DNA of 57,356 nt from an uncultured Clostridia bacterium (GCA_934122035.1 CAKOVP010000002.1:1-57356), one strand, 5' to 3'; positions 38,596 through 49,398 are shown, numbered from the stretch's first letter. Program-made: numbers and translations. The notes: a model not told the origin generated them from the letters alone.

Positions 38596-39246
38596 ATGGA
38601 AAAAAGATTTTACACAATAAAGAACAATAAGCAGATAGAAATAATTGAAAAGAAATCTAGATTCATCACAAACATATTTTATGTAGAATCAAAACAAGAA
38701 AGTGAAGAAATAATAAAACAAACGAAAAAGAAATATTACGATGCAAAACATAACTGTTTTGCATTTTGTGTAATAGAAAATGATGGAAGCGTTTTTTGTA
38801 AATGCAGTGATGACGGAGAACCTTCTGGAACAGCAGGAGAACCAATATTAAATGCAATAACAAAAAATAATCTAAAAAATGTTTTAATAATTGTAACAAG
38901 ATACTTTGGTGGAATATTATTAGGTGCAGGGGGACTTACGAGAACATACTCAAACAGTGCAACAAGCGTAATAAATGCTTCAGAAAAAATAGAAAAAGAA
39001 ATGGGAGTAGAAGCAGAAGTAACCCTAGACTACAGCCAAAACGACAAATTTAAGTACTATTGTGAAAAAAACAATATAAAGATAATAAATACTGGTTATA
39101 ATGAAAATATAACACACATAATAGAACTAAATGAAGAAGAATACAAAAAAATAGAAGAAAAAATAATGATAGAAAATCAGGAAAATAGTAAAATAAAAAC
39201 AACAATAACAGAAAAATGTCGAAAATATATAGAAAAAACAAAATAA
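38596..39246 (+). CDS. YigZ / IMPACT-family protein
   Basis: KKSRFI, DAKHNCFAF, DDGEPSGTAGEPIL, VTRYFGGILLGAGGLTRTY. Confidence 0.85.
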   Translation: MEKRFYTIKNNKQIEIIEKKSRFITNIFYVESKQESEEIIKQTKKKYYDAKHNCFAFCVIENDGSVFCKCSDDGEPSGTAGEPILNAITKNNLKNVLIIVTRYFGGILLGAGGLTRTYSNSATSVINASEKIEKEMGVEAEVTLDYSQNDKFKYYCEKNNIKIINTGYNENITHIIELNEEEYKKIEEKIMIENQENSKIKTTITEKCRKYIEKTK

Positions 39247-39365
39247 TGTATGGAAAAAAATGGAAAAAATCACTCAAAAGTATTGCAAAAATATGGAAAT
39301 GTAATTATAATAAACATTGCAATAGAAAAGTAAAAGCAACAAAATAATTAAGGGGGAACGAAAGA

Positions 39366-40184
39366 GTGAGAGAAAAGATAACAGTTTTAATATCTGATGA
39401 CAATCGCGAATTTGCAAACACATTAAAGGAGTATCTAGAAAAAGAAGAAGACATAGAAGTAATAGGAATGGCAAAAGACGGAGAAGAAGCAATAAGTCTA
39501 ATTGCAAGTCTAAAGCCACAAGTTGTACTATTAGATGCAATAATGCCACATTTAGATGGATTAGGAGTTTTAGAAAGAATGAATGCACTAAGACTTGCAA
39601 ATCCACCAATTTGTATAATGATATCAGCAGTTGGACAAGACAAAATAACACAAAAAGCAATAGAACTAGGAGCACAATATTACATAATAAAACCATTCGA
39701 CATACAAGTTTTAGTTCAAAGAATAAAAGAACTAAAATACTATCAGCCATCAATTCCAAGAGGAAATTTCTTAGTAAAAGAAACAAAATCACAATATATA
39801 CAAATTCCACAAGTAAGCAAAGATGATGATGATACAGTAGAAGCATTAGTAACAAATGTAATACACGAAATAGGTGTTCCAGCTCATATAAAAGGCTATC
39901 AATATTTAAGAGAAGCAATAATAATGGTAGTAAACAACATAGACATAATAAATCAAATAACAAAACAACTATATCCAGAAATTGCAGAAAAATACCATAC
40001 AACACCATCAAGAGTTGAACGTGCAATTCGTCATGCAATAGAAGTTGCGTGGGGCAGAGGAGAACCAGCAGTTGTAGAAAACATATTTGGTTACACAGTA
40101 TCTGCAAGTAAAGGAAAGCCAACAAACAGCGAGTTTATAGCAATGATAGCTGACAAGCTAAGGCTAGAAATAAAGACTGCATAA
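39366..40184 (+). CDS. spo0A: Sporulation master regulator Spo0A
   Basis: REC domain ([22 protein letters not shown]) plus the Spo0A-specific C-terminal domain ([38 protein letters not shown]). Confidence 0.95.
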   Translation: MREKITVLISDDNREFANTLKEYLEKEEDIEVIGMAKDGEEAISLIASLKPQVVLLDAIMPHLDGLGVLERMNALRLANPPICIMISAVGQDKITQKAIELGAQYYIIKPFDIQVLVQRIKELKYYQPSIPRGNFLVKETKSQYIQIPQVSKDDDDTVEALVTNVIHEIGVPAHIKGYQYLREAIIMVVNNIDIINQITKQLYPEIAEKYHTTPSRVERAIRHAIEVAWGRGEPAVVENIFGYTVSASKGKPTNSEFIAMIADKLRLEIKTA

Positions 40185-40235
40185 AACTTGTCAATGAAAA
40201 AATCGATATATAACATAAAACGATAAGGGGACTTT

Positions 40236-40430
40236 TTATGACCCCTTTTGTTTTTTTTCATATTTTGTTAGATCTGTATTATCAAGTGCATATTTTATAC
40301 AACTTACAAGAACATTATTAAAACTCATATTTTCTGCTTCAGCTATCTTTCTTAAAGTGTTGTCAATGCTTTCAGGAAGTCTAATAGATAACTTAACATT
40401 ACTGTCTTTATATTTTTCTATTTCAAACAT
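40236..40430 (-). CDS. Small ribbon-helix-helix-like protein (64 aa)
   Basis: GAGGTGG RBS precedes the ATG at 40430. Product is MFEIEKYKDSNVKLSIRLPESIDNTLRKIAEAENMSFNNVLVSCIKYAL (beta-strand then two helices, as in Arc/CopG folds). The track ORF to 40538 is an upstream extension. Confidence 0.45.
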   Translation of the reverse strand: MFEIEKYKDSNVKLSIRLPESIDNTLRKIAEAENMSFNNVLVSCIKYALDNTDLTKYEKKQKGS

Positions 40431-40563
40431 ATTAACCACCTCTTTAATATTGTGCCACAAAAGTATATATAAAAATACTAGACAAAAAGGAATACAAAAG
40501 TATTGCAAAATAAAAAATGGTATGATAGAATGTGACATATAAAATAAAAAAGGGGGAGTAATT

Positions 40564-41550
40564 ATGGAAAAAAATCAAAAAAACAAGAAAATTATTACTA
40601 TATCGATAATAAGTGTTGTGCTATTAGTAATAATTGGAACAGTAATATTTATAGTATTATCAAATAGTCAAAAATTAAAACTTTATAATTCAACATTAGA
40701 GCTAGGTCAAGAAGATTATACAGAAAAATTAACTGAAAAAGAAAATATTTACATAAAAGATGGTTATACATATTCAATAAAAGAAAACAATATTGATATA
40801 AATAATGTTGGAACCTATGATTTAATATTTGAAATAAAAGGTAAAGGAAAAACTAAAGAAGAAGTAAAGAAAGTAATAGTTGTTGACACAACGCCACCAA
40901 CAATTACATTAAAAAAAGATTCTTTTTATATGGGAGATAATATCAATATAGAAGAAATAGTGGAGATAAAGGATTTATCACAAGAAGGAGAAATATCATA
41001 TACAGATGCAAAAGCAACTACTAATGGACAATTTGACACTAGTACAGAGGGTGAAAAAAGTGTAGAAATAACGGCACAAGATAGTAGTGGAAATAAAACA
41101 ACTCAGACTCTAACTATAAATGTAAAAAATCCTATTGTGAACTTATATGATTATGTAATGGCAAATTTAGATAAGTCGATATTTACAGATGGTTCATATG
41201 ATGACAAATTTGTATTAAAATTTAGTTATAATTTTAATAATGGGTTATCATCAGAAGGTTGGATAAATTTTTCAGAAAAAGTTTATTATGAATATACAAA
41301 GCTAAAATCATTTTTAGGAACAGTTAAAACTGCTAATTTAGTATATTTTGATGATGATTATAATGTTAATAAGGTGTATATAGATAATAATATTTATGAT
41401 GGAGATAAAAGTACTTATCAAAGCAGTGTAAGCGGGGAAGTAAATAGAGTTGATTCTATGATTAATAATAAAAATAAAAAAATTAGATTAGCAGGAAAAA
41501 CAATAGAACAATTAAAAAATGAAACAATAGATTTAAGAGAGTTAGAATAG
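40564..41550 (+). CDS. Membrane-anchored protein with Ig-like (DUF5011-type) domain
   Basis: N-terminal TM segment and VVDTTPPTITLKKD...VEITAQDSSGNKTTQTLTINV. Confidence 0.5.
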   Translation: MEKNQKNKKIITISIISVVLLVIIGTVIFIVLSNSQKLKLYNSTLELGQEDYTEKLTEKENIYIKDGYTYSIKENNIDINNVGTYDLIFEIKGKGKTKEEVKKVIVVDTTPPTITLKKDSFYMGDNINIEEIVEIKDLSQEGEISYTDAKATTNGQFDTSTEGEKSVEITAQDSSGNKTTQTLTINVKNPIVNLYDYVMANLDKSIFTDGSYDDKFVLKFSYNFNNGLSSEGWINFSEKVYYEYTKLKSFLGTVKTANLVYFDDDYNVNKVYIDNNIYDGDKSTYQSSVSGEVNRVDSMINNKNKKIRLAGKTIEQLKNETIDLRELE

Positions 41551-41560
41551 GAGAATTTCT

Positions 41561-41998
41561 ATGAAAAAAATATTTATAATAATTGCGATAATTGCTATTG
41601 CTGTTGTAGTAGTAAAAGTGACTACATCAAGTTCTAAAATAGAATTTATAAGTGATCAGGTAGACGAATTAGCAATGAAAAGGGTTGAAGATAAGATAAA
41701 AGAAAGCCTAAAGAATCCAAATAGTTTAATTATAAATGAAGTAAGCAAAAGCTATTCTGTTGTAGATGATAATGGTAAATTTAGGTCTTGTAAGGATCAC
41801 CAAGAATTAAAAGAAACATTAGGAAAAATAAATAATAATAAAAGTTATACGATTCATTATACAATAGATTATTCTGCACAAAATGGTTTTGGAGGTATGA
41901 ATAGAAAAACTTTAAGTGCAGCAATTACTATATATGATAAAGGTGATACAATAACAAGTAATACACCTACTGTAACCTTTTATAAAACTAGACTATAA
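41561..41998 (+). CDS. Membrane-anchored hypothetical protein (LKNP-S domain)
   Basis: N-terminal TM segment. SLKNPNSLIINEVS...NGFGGMN resembles the C-terminal domain of the next gene. Confidence 0.45.
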   Translation: MKKIFIIIAIIAIAVVVVKVTTSSSKIEFISDQVDELAMKRVEDKIKESLKNPNSLIINEVSKSYSVVDDNGKFRSCKDHQELKETLGKINNNKSYTIHYTIDYSAQNGFGGMNRKTLSAAITIYDKGDTITSNTPTVTFYKTRL

Positions 41999-42023
41999 AT
42001 TTAAATAAAACGGGGGAAGAAAG

Positions 42024-42896
42024 ATGGAAGAGTTAAAAGATGAAGAAAAAAAACCAGAGGAAGAACTATTTGAATGTTTAAACTGTGGGGCTATGCTCAA
42101 ACCAGAAGAAGAATTTTGTCCTAAATGTGGAATGAAGAAGGGGGAGCAGAGAAAAATAATCTGCCAAAAATGTGGTGCAGAACTTCAATTAAAGCAAAAG
42201 TTTTGCCCTAAGTGTGGAACAAAAACAAAAGTGGAAATGGATGATATTGTAAATTCTGTAAAAAAAGATTGTAGAGAAACGATGAAATCAATAAAAATAA
42301 AGAGAATACATATTATGCTGTTTGTAATTATATGTATAATTGCATTTGTGGTAATAAGATTTTCTGCTGACTTTATAAAGAAAATGAGTGTAACGGTAGA
42401 TGATTTACTGGCAGAAGGAAAATATACAGAAGCATATCAAAAAGCAAAAAATGAAGAAAAAGATGATGTTATACTTGAAAATACACTTGCAGTATTATCA
42501 AATAAAATATCAGAAGGATTAAAAAATCCAGCATCGTTTTCGCTTACATCTGCTTGGTTTGACAAGGACAATAAGAAAATTGTTATGAATGTAAGCGGAA
42601 CTAATAGCTATGGAGGTGTAGTTTCGTCATACTACTATTGCACATATAGCAACACAGACAATAAATATGAGGTTTATTGTAGCTTATCGGATTTAAGCAA
42701 CGAAACATATTCAAAATATGATTCATCAGATGAAAAAATGGAAAAACTAATAAAAAATGTGGCAAGAAGTGTAGTAAAAGGTATTATTTACAAAGATGAA
42801 TATAAAGTTCAAGGAAAAATGATAAACAATATAAATAAACTATTTAAAGAAAAGAAATTAAATGACATTGAACTCATAAAAACAGAAACAGTTTAA
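42024..42896 (+). CDS. Double zinc-ribbon membrane protein
   Basis: CLNCGAMLKPEEEFCPKCG and CQKCGAELQLKQKFCPKCG, then a TM segment, then GLKNPASFSLTSAW...NSYGGVV. Confidence 0.6.
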   Translation: MEELKDEEKKPEEELFECLNCGAMLKPEEEFCPKCGMKKGEQRKIICQKCGAELQLKQKFCPKCGTKTKVEMDDIVNSVKKDCRETMKSIKIKRIHIMLFVIICIIAFVVIRFSADFIKKMSVTVDDLLAEGKYTEAYQKAKNEEKDDVILENTLAVLSNKISEGLKNPASFSLTSAWFDKDNKKIVMNVSGTNSYGGVVSSYYYCTYSNTDNKYEVYCSLSDLSNETYSKYDSSDEKMEKLIKNVARSVVKGIIYKDEYKVQGKMINNINKLFKEKKLNDIELIKTETV

Positions 42897-43135
42897 TTAA
42901 TGACTCCTTTATTAAACAACATATATTTTATAATGCTGTATGGTTTTGAAACACTAGGTATTATAATAATATTGTTGTTTTTTTTATACCTGCAACAAAA
43001 TTATGTAAATTGTATATGATATTATTTCTTCAACTATTAATTTATACATAAAAATATTACTAAAATTGCAAACAAATTTGCTTGAAGTATATATTTTTCT
43101 TTGATATAATATAAACATATAAAAAGGGGATTACT

Positions 43136-43885
43136 ATGCCAAAATTTTTTGTAAAACAAAATCAAATTAATAATGATCAAATAAATATAATAGAAGATGA
43201 TGTTAATCATATTAGAAATGTTCTTAGAATGAAAAAAGATGATACAATTCAAGTTTGTAACCAAGAAACTGGAGAAAACTTTATTGCAAGGATAAATCTA
43301 ATAGAAAAAAATAATATAAACTGTAAAATTATAGAGAAAATGGATGAAAGTACAGAATCCAATGTTCAAATTACTCTTTTTCAGGGACTTCCAAAATTTG
43401 ATAAAATGGAGTTTATTATTCAAAAAAATACAGAAATTGGTGTGTGCACGATTGTTCCAGTTATTATGGATAGAACAATTGTAAAACTAGATGAAAAAGA
43501 TAAAACTAGAAAATTAGAACGTTTCAATAAAATAGCAGAAATAGCTGCAAAACAGTCTATGAGGGATAGAATTCCAGAAGTTACACCTTTTATAAAATCA
43601 AAAGAAATATCAAATTTTATAGATGATTATGACATAATTATTGTTGCATATGAAAATGAACATACACATATGTTAAAACAAACTTTAAAGGAAATAACAG
43701 TTAAAGAAAATTATAAAATAGGAATAGTAATTGGACCAGAAGGTGGAATTTCGGAAAAAGAAATAGAGATGTTTGAAGAACTAAACTTTAAATTGGTTTC
43801 ATTAGGAAAAAGAATTTTAAGAACAGAAACAGCAGGACTTGTACTTGCAAGTAATATTATATATGAATTAGAAGAAAGGGAGTAG
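43136..43885 (+). CDS. rsmE: 16S rRNA (uracil1498-N3)-methyltransferase
   Basis: PKFFV...DDVNHIRNVLRMKKDD, and GPEGGISEKEIE...LGKRILRTETAG. Confidence 0.85.
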   Translation: MPKFFVKQNQINNDQINIIEDDVNHIRNVLRMKKDDTIQVCNQETGENFIARINLIEKNNINCKIIEKMDESTESNVQITLFQGLPKFDKMEFIIQKNTEIGVCTIVPVIMDRTIVKLDEKDKTRKLERFNKIAEIAAKQSMRDRIPEVTPFIKSKEISNFIDDYDIIIVAYENEHTHMLKQTLKEITVKENYKIGIVIGPEGGISEKEIEMFEELNFKLVSLGKRILRTETAGLVLASNIIYELEERE

Positions 43886-43891
43886 GATAAA

Positions 43892-44956
43892 ATGGCTAAA
43901 GAATTAGAAAAAGAAGACGAAGTAAAAAAAGATTCAGAAGCTAAGGAAAATACCAATGGTTCAGAAAAAACAGTAAAATCTGCAAAAACAACTAAAAAAC
44001 AAACTACTAAAAGAAGCACAAAAAAAGTAGATGCAAAAGAGGCAGCAGAGCAAGAAAATAAAGAACAGCCAAAAGAAAAGAAGCCAGCTACAAAAACCAG
44101 TAATGCTAAAAAAGGTTCTGCTTCTACAAAGACTACTGTAAAAAGAAAAACAATTACAAAAAAGGAAGCGGAAATTGATAATAAAAAAATAGAAAATGTT
44201 GAGACAAATAAAGAAAAGCCGGCAAAAGCATCAACTAAAAAACAGACTACTACCAAGTCAAAATCTACAGCAAAAAAAACTACAAATTCTAAAACAAAAA
44301 TAGAAGTTAAAAATGAGAAAAAGGATGCTAAAAAAATTGCTAGATCTAAAGAAATAAAAGAATCTAAGAAGAAAGACGAAAAGGTTAGAGCAATTATCTC
44401 TGAACAGCTAAATAATATAAATCAAATTGAAACAATAGAAGAAAAGCCAGTAAAGAAGCAGTCTAAGAAAAAAGTTGATGCCGAAAAAATTGCAGAAGAA
44501 ATAGAAAAAGCAAATAAAATGCCAAAAGAAAAGAAAAAAGAAGTATTAAAAAAAGTTGGATTAAATATTTTAATTGCGGCTATAATAGCTATATATTTTG
44601 CTTTTGTAATTATGGGATTCAAAAATATAGAAAGAACTGTATATATAAAAGATTTAAAAGTTTTTAGTTTGGTAATAATAGCATTTGCAGTAATATTATT
44701 TGAACAAGCATATAATAAAGACAGTGGTAAAATTGCAATATTTGGAATAGAAACACTTGTTATTGCAATAACAACATTAATATCTTTATATATAGCTATA
44801 CTATATGATAGCAAATTCATAATATATAATGGAATTGTTTGCGGTGTAGCTGTTATTTATTACATTATAAAATCAATTGCAATATTTATAAGAGAAAGAA
44901 GAAACTGGAAAAACGGAATAAGTGATGTAAAAGATATTGTTAATGATGAAGAATAG
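43892..44956 (+). CDS. Lys-rich, low-complexity N-terminus plus 4-TM C-terminal protein
   Basis: 354-aa ORF with about 210 aa of K/T/E-rich sequence, then four hydrophobic helices. Confidence 0.5.
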   Translation: MAKELEKEDEVKKDSEAKENTNGSEKTVKSAKTTKKQTTKRSTKKVDAKEAAEQENKEQPKEKKPATKTSNAKKGSASTKTTVKRKTITKKEAEIDNKKIENVETNKEKPAKASTKKQTTTKSKSTAKKTTNSKTKIEVKNEKKDAKKIARSKEIKESKKKDEKVRAIISEQLNNINQIETIEEKPVKKQSKKKVDAEKIAEEIEKANKMPKEKKKEVLKKVGLNILIAAIIAIYFAFVIMGFKNIERTVYIKDLKVFSLVIIAFAVILFEQAYNKDSGKIAIFGIETLVIAITTLISLYIAILYDSKFIIYNGIVCGVAVIYYIIKSIAIFIRERRNWKNGISDVKDIVNDEE

Positions 44957-45091
44957 TATTATTTGTAATAAAATGTAAGCAAAAAAGAAAATGAAATTAC
45001 TAAAAAAGCTGGACTAATCTTATAAAAAGTAGTAAAATAAAAAATATGGTAACATAAAATTCAAGAAGAGAAGAAAGAGGGTAATTTAATT

Positions 45092-45280
45092 ATGATGGTA
45101 AAACCAACAGTACCAGAATTATTAGAGAAGGTACAAAACAGATATATATTAGTACTTGCAACAGCCAAAAGAGCAAGACAAATTGCAGCAGGAGACAAAA
45201 TGTTAGTAAAAACAGATGATGTTGCTCCAGTTTCAATTGCAGCAGATGAAATAGAAGAAGGAAAGGTAGAAGTATGCTAG
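45092..45280 (+). CDS. rpoZ: RNA polymerase omega subunit
   Basis: LLEKVQNRYILVLATAKRARQI. 62 aa. Confidence 0.85.
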   Translation: MMVKPTVPELLEKVQNRYILVLATAKRARQIAAGDKMLVKTDDVAPVSIAADEIEEGKVEVC

Positions 45281-45849
45281 TATTATTATCTGGAGTATCT
45301 GGTGCAGGAAAAGATACTATAAAAAAAGAATTAATAAGAAGAAACGAAAATATAACATCACTTCCATCTTATACAGACAGAGCACCAAGAGAAGGCGAAG
45401 TAAATGGTCAAATTTATAACTTCATTTCTACAGAAGAATTTGAACAATTAATAAAAGACGATGATTTATACGAATATGATGTTCATCACGACCATTATTA
45501 TGGAACCTCTAAAAAAATATTAAATGAACGTTTAGCAAGTGGTAAGATAATAGTAAAAGATATTGATGTGAATGGAACAGAAAATCTTAAGAAATTACTA
45601 GAAAAAGATACTAGAATAGTAACAATATTCTTACGTGTTCCAAAGGAAGAGTTAGAAAGAAGACTAAAAAGAAGAAATCCTAATGCGGATCCAAAGGAAA
45701 TAATTTTAAGATTAAACAGATTTGACTACGAAGAGTCTAAAATTGGATTGTATGATTATGTAATAAAAAATAATGATTTAGAAAAGACAATCCAAATAAT
45801 TACAACAATAATAAAATATGAAAAAGGACTACAAAATCCAGAGTTCTAG
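45274..45849 (+). CDS. Guanylate-kinase-family protein
   Basis: LLSGVSGAGKDTI (P-loop) and SYTDRAPREGEVNGQIYNFIS. It overlaps the rpoZ stop by 7 nt. Confidence 0.7.
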   Translation: MLVLLSGVSGAGKDTIKKELIRRNENITSLPSYTDRAPREGEVNGQIYNFISTEEFEQLIKDDDLYEYDVHHDHYYGTSKKILNERLASGKIIVKDIDVNGTENLKKLLEKDTRIVTIFLRVPKEELERRLKRRNPNADPKEIILRLNRFDYEESKIGLYDYVIKNNDLEKTIQIITTIIKYEKGLQNPEF

Positions 45850-46005
45850 AAATAAAAGTTGTTAAAATTTATATTTTAGCAGCTTTTTTAGATTTGTTTT
45901 AATGACATAATATTGCACTTTATGTAAATTTATGGTATAATGTAAAAAGACTACGGGTTTACCGTGTCATAAATATTTTCTACACCAACTGGGGAGGAAA
46001 AACAA

Positions 46006-46455
46006 ATGAGTCAAATTTCTAAGTTAGTTGTTTGCGGTGACGCACAGAGTATGGTGCTCAATTTTAACGATAAGGGCAACCTGGATGCTGTGTTCTTCGC
46101 CGAAGGCGATAATGGGCGGGAAACTTACAAGTTGAACCCTGTGAGCCATGAACAGCCGATTACCAAAGAGGTGCGACAGCGTGTTTTTTCCATTCTCTTC
46201 TTTGAATCAATGAAGAGCGAGAAGGGGCATGAAAACATGACGGCCGTCTTGAACCAAATCAGCGGCGAAGATGAAGCTGTTGCTGAGCAGGTCATCGAGA
46301 GCATTCGCGGCAAGTGCCTGGATTTCTACACTTTTCTTCGCAAGAAGGAAATGAAAAAGGCCTTTGCGGATTTTGCCGAAGGCGAAAGATGCATTGACGA
46401 GTACGTGGCGGAGCTCAAAGCTGAGCTTGGTATCGACCAGAAAAACAACGGCTAA
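46006..46455 (+). CDS. Hypothetical protein encoded by a compositionally foreign (GC-rich) ORF
   Basis: 149-aa ORF with a GGGGAGG RBS and GC about 48% by hand count, against ~28% for the flanks. Codons such as CTG, GCC, GTG, CGC and one in-frame CGG are used. No recognisable domain. Confidence 0.6.
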   Translation: MSQISKLVVCGDAQSMVLNFNDKGNLDAVFFAEGDNGRETYKLNPVSHEQPITKEVRQRVFSILFFESMKSEKGHENMTAVLNQISGEDEAVAEQVIESIRGKCLDFYTFLRKKEMKKAFADFAEGERCIDEYVAELKAELGIDQKNNG

Positions 46456-46471
46456 GATGCTCAAAAAGATG

Positions 46472-46510
46472 CTATGTGAATGTGTAAAAAACGTTCATGT
46501 AGCTTCTTTT
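46472..46510 (+). terminator. Hairpin terminator after the GC-rich ORF
   Basis: GCTATGTGAATG-tgtaaaaaa-CGTTCATGTAGC (with G-U pairs) followed by TTCTTTTT. Confidence 0.5.
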
Positions 46511-46567
46511 TATGCCAATTTATCTTGACATAAATTTATAGTATGATAAAATAAGAACATAAAAAAT

Positions 46568-47980
46568 ATGAAAGGCAAAATAATGAATCAAAAGAAACAA
46601 CTTCTTGGAAATACATTAATAATAGCAATAGGAAAATTAAGTACTCAGGTAATATCATTTTTGTTATTACCTTTATATACGTCAAAATTAAGTACAGCAG
46701 AATATGGAACATATGATTTTTTAGTTACATTATCTACATTTCTATTGCCAATAATAACTCTTCTTATGGAAGAGTCTATGTTTAGATTTTTAATAGATGC
46801 AGAAGACTTAAAAGAGAAAAAAAGAGTAATTACTGCAACCGTTATATACACACTTGTTGGAACTGTACTGTTTACGGTAATTGCATCAATTGCAATGGGA
46901 ATAATGAAATATGAATATGCATTTGTATTTATACTATTCATAATTTCTAATATTTTAATTGGACTAAGCAATGCACTTGCAAGAGGAATGGGAAAAATAA
47001 AATTATATTCTTTATCAAATTTTATTTTAGGTGCCTCTACAATTGTTTTAAATATTATATTCATAGTTGGAGCAAAGCTTGGTGTAACAGGCCTTCTATG
47101 GGCAAATACAATAGCAAATACTGCAACAGCATTAATTATATTTGCTAGACTTCATTTAATACAATTCATAAGCAGAAAAGACTTAAGCAAAAAAACAGTA
47201 TTAGAAATGGTAAAATATTCTGCACCGCTTGTTCCAAATAATTTATCTTGGATAATTATTAGTTTATCAGACAGATTAATGCTTACTTGGATGGCTGGAG
47301 CAGATGCAAACGGAATTTATTCAATAGCAAATAAATTTCCTAACATTGTTTATACCTGTTATGGATTTTTCTCAACAGCTTGGAAGGAATCAGCAGCAAG
47401 AATTTTGAAGGAAGATAATAAAACAGAATATTATAACGGTATATACAAAGATATTAAATTTTTCCTAAAAGCAATAGTAATTGGACTAATTGCAGTTATG
47501 CCATTTGCTTTTCCATTACTTGTAGATTCAAGCTATAGTGATGCTTATAAATATATTCCATTGCTTATAATATCAATTTATTACACTAATATGTCTAACT
47601 TTTATGGAGGTATTTTTACAGCTTTTAAAGATACAAAAATAATGGGAACTACTACAGTTGCAGCTGCAATTATAAACATTGCAATAAATGCAATATTTAT
47701 ACCAAAATACGGAATTTATGCGGCAACATTTTCAACTTTAATATCAAATGTACTTGTATATTTTTATAGAAGATATAAATTAAAGGATTATATAAAACTA
47801 AAAAGCAAGTTTAATTATGTATTTTGGGCACTTCTAGCACTAACATTATTTACATATTACAAAAACAATATGATAATAAACGTAATAATGTTTATTATAG
47901 TGCTTGCATACTGTATATTTACAAATCAAAGTTTCTTAAGAGGAATTATGAAACCAATAATGAATAAACTAAAAAGATAG
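46568..47980 (+). CDS. Oligosaccharide/polysaccharide flippase (Wzx/MOP superfamily)
   Basis: 470 aa with about 12-14 TM helices and the start LLGNTLIIAIGKLSTQVISFLLLPLYTSKLSTAEYG, typical of Wzx-like flippases. Confidence 0.7.
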   Translation: MKGKIMNQKKQLLGNTLIIAIGKLSTQVISFLLLPLYTSKLSTAEYGTYDFLVTLSTFLLPIITLLMEESMFRFLIDAEDLKEKKRVITATVIYTLVGTVLFTVIASIAMGIMKYEYAFVFILFIISNILIGLSNALARGMGKIKLYSLSNFILGASTIVLNIIFIVGAKLGVTGLLWANTIANTATALIIFARLHLIQFISRKDLSKKTVLEMVKYSAPLVPNNLSWIIISLSDRLMLTWMAGADANGIYSIANKFPNIVYTCYGFFSTAWKESAARILKEDNKTEYYNGIYKDIKFFLKAIVIGLIAVMPFAFPLLVDSSYSDAYKYIPLLIISIYYTNMSNFYGGIFTAFKDTKIMGTTTVAAAIINIAINAIFIPKYGIYAATFSTLISNVLVYFYRRYKLKDYIKLKSKFNYVFWALLALTLFTYYKNNMIINVIMFIIVLAYCIFTNQSFLRGIMKPIMNKLKR

Positions 47981-48158
47981 ATTTTTATTTATTAGTAACA
48001 TAGAAATAAATTTCCGAAGAACAAATCTGAAAATTTGTCCATATGAGAAAACTTATGAAATAAATTTACCGTGTCCACTATTGGATTTATTAAGAACATT
48101 ATACAAAAGTATAAGAAAATCAAAATTATAACAAAATTATTTTGAAAGGAATTGAAAG

Positions 48159-48620
48159 ATGAACTATTCAGAAGAATACGACAAAGCAAAGTCGAAAGTT
48201 CTAAAATACATATTATACAAAAAAAGAAGCAAACAAGAAGTGAAAAATAAATTTAGTTCTGTAATCTCTAATGAAATGTTAGAAGAAATAATGGATGAGC
48301 TAGAAGAAAATGGCTATATTAATGACAACAGCTATATAGAAAGAGCTGTTGCAGAATTTATAGCATTAAATAATTTATCTTTAAAAGAAGTAAAATACAA
48401 GCTAATGGCTAAAGGCATTTCTTCTAGTTTAATAGAAGATTACATTAGTGAAAATGAAGAAAAAATGCAAGAATATGAAATAAATTCTGCTAAAAACATA
48501 ATAATAAAAAAGCAAAATCAAATGACAGATGAAGAAATTATGACTCATTTATTGAAAAAAGGCTATAAAACTTCTAATATTAGAAACGCAATAAAGAAAA
48601 TAGATGATGACGAGCTATAA
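48159..48620 (+). CDS. recX: RecA regulator RecX
   Basis: Three-repeat helical pattern (KVLKYILYKKRSKQEVKNKF, GYINDNSYIERAV, LLKKGYKTSNIRNAI). Confidence 0.7.
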   Translation: MNYSEEYDKAKSKVLKYILYKKRSKQEVKNKFSSVISNEMLEEIMDELEENGYINDNSYIERAVAEFIALNNLSLKEVKYKLMAKGISSSLIEDYISENEEKMQEYEINSAKNIIIKKQNQMTDEEIMTHLLKKGYKTSNIRNAIKKIDDDEL

Positions 48621-48642
48621 AAAATAGAAAAGGAAAAATAAA

Positions 48643-49398
48643 ATGTCAGGAATTTTAACATTAGAAACAAATAAATATGCAATAAAAATAGAAAATTTTG
48701 AAGGACCATTAGACTTGTTATGTCATTTAATAGACAAAAACAAAATGGACATAAACGACATAAAACTTACTCAAATAACAGACCAGTATATTGAGTACAT
48801 AAATAAAATGGAAGAAATGAACTTAGAAATAACTAGCGAATTTATAATAATGGCTTCAACATTAATATATTTAAAATCAAAAAGCCTACTTCCAAAAGAA
48901 TCAACTGCAGAAGAGGATATTTCTGAAGAAGAGCTATTAAGAAGAATTATAGAATATAAAAAATATAAAGAAATTACAAAAACATTAAAGCAAATGTATG
49001 AAAGCAGTGCAATTAGATTTTATAAATTGCCAGATACTATAGAGCTTCCAAAGCAAAAACTTGAAAAAAATTACGAAAAACAAACAATAGTAAATGTATA
49101 TGAACAGCTAATACAAAGAAACAACGAAAAAGTAAATCAAAACGCAAAAAATATAGAAAAAATTGCAATAACAGATAAATATTCAGTAGCAAGCAAAGTA
49201 AAGGAAATGCTAAGAGCATTAGTAATCAGTCCAAAATTTGTATTTAATGCAATGTTCTCATTAAAAAAATGCGAAAAAGAAGAAGTGGTAACTGCATTTT
49301 CGGGATTGCTAGAATTATCTAGAAGAAGTAAAGTAACAACAATACAAAACGAGCTTTTTGGAGACATATCAGTACAAAAAAGCAATAACAATGATTAA
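48643..49398 (+). CDS. scpA: Segregation and condensation protein A
   Basis: FEGPLDLLCHLIDKNKMDINDIKLTQITDQY and SEFIIMASTLIYLKSKSLLP. Confidence 0.9.
   Translation: MSGILTLETNKYAIKIENFEGPLDLLCHLIDKNKMDINDIKLTQITDQYIEYINKMEEMNLEITSEFIIMASTLIYLKSKSLLPKESTAEEDISEEELLRRIIEYKKYKEITKTLKQMYESSAIRFYKLPDTIELPKQKLEKNYEKQTIVNVYEQLIQRNNEKVNQNAKNIEKIAITDKYSVASKVKEMLRALVISPKFVFNAMFSLKKCEKEEVVTAFSGLLELSRRSKVTTIQNELFGDISVQKSNNND

Noticed and set aside
39274-40125. 283-aa ORF on the minus strand (track) covering the spo0A locus
   Set aside because: It is fully antisense to an unmistakable Spo0A coding sequence. The product is Leu/Phe-rich low-complexity sequence, as expected from the antisense of A-rich codons, and there is no RBS.
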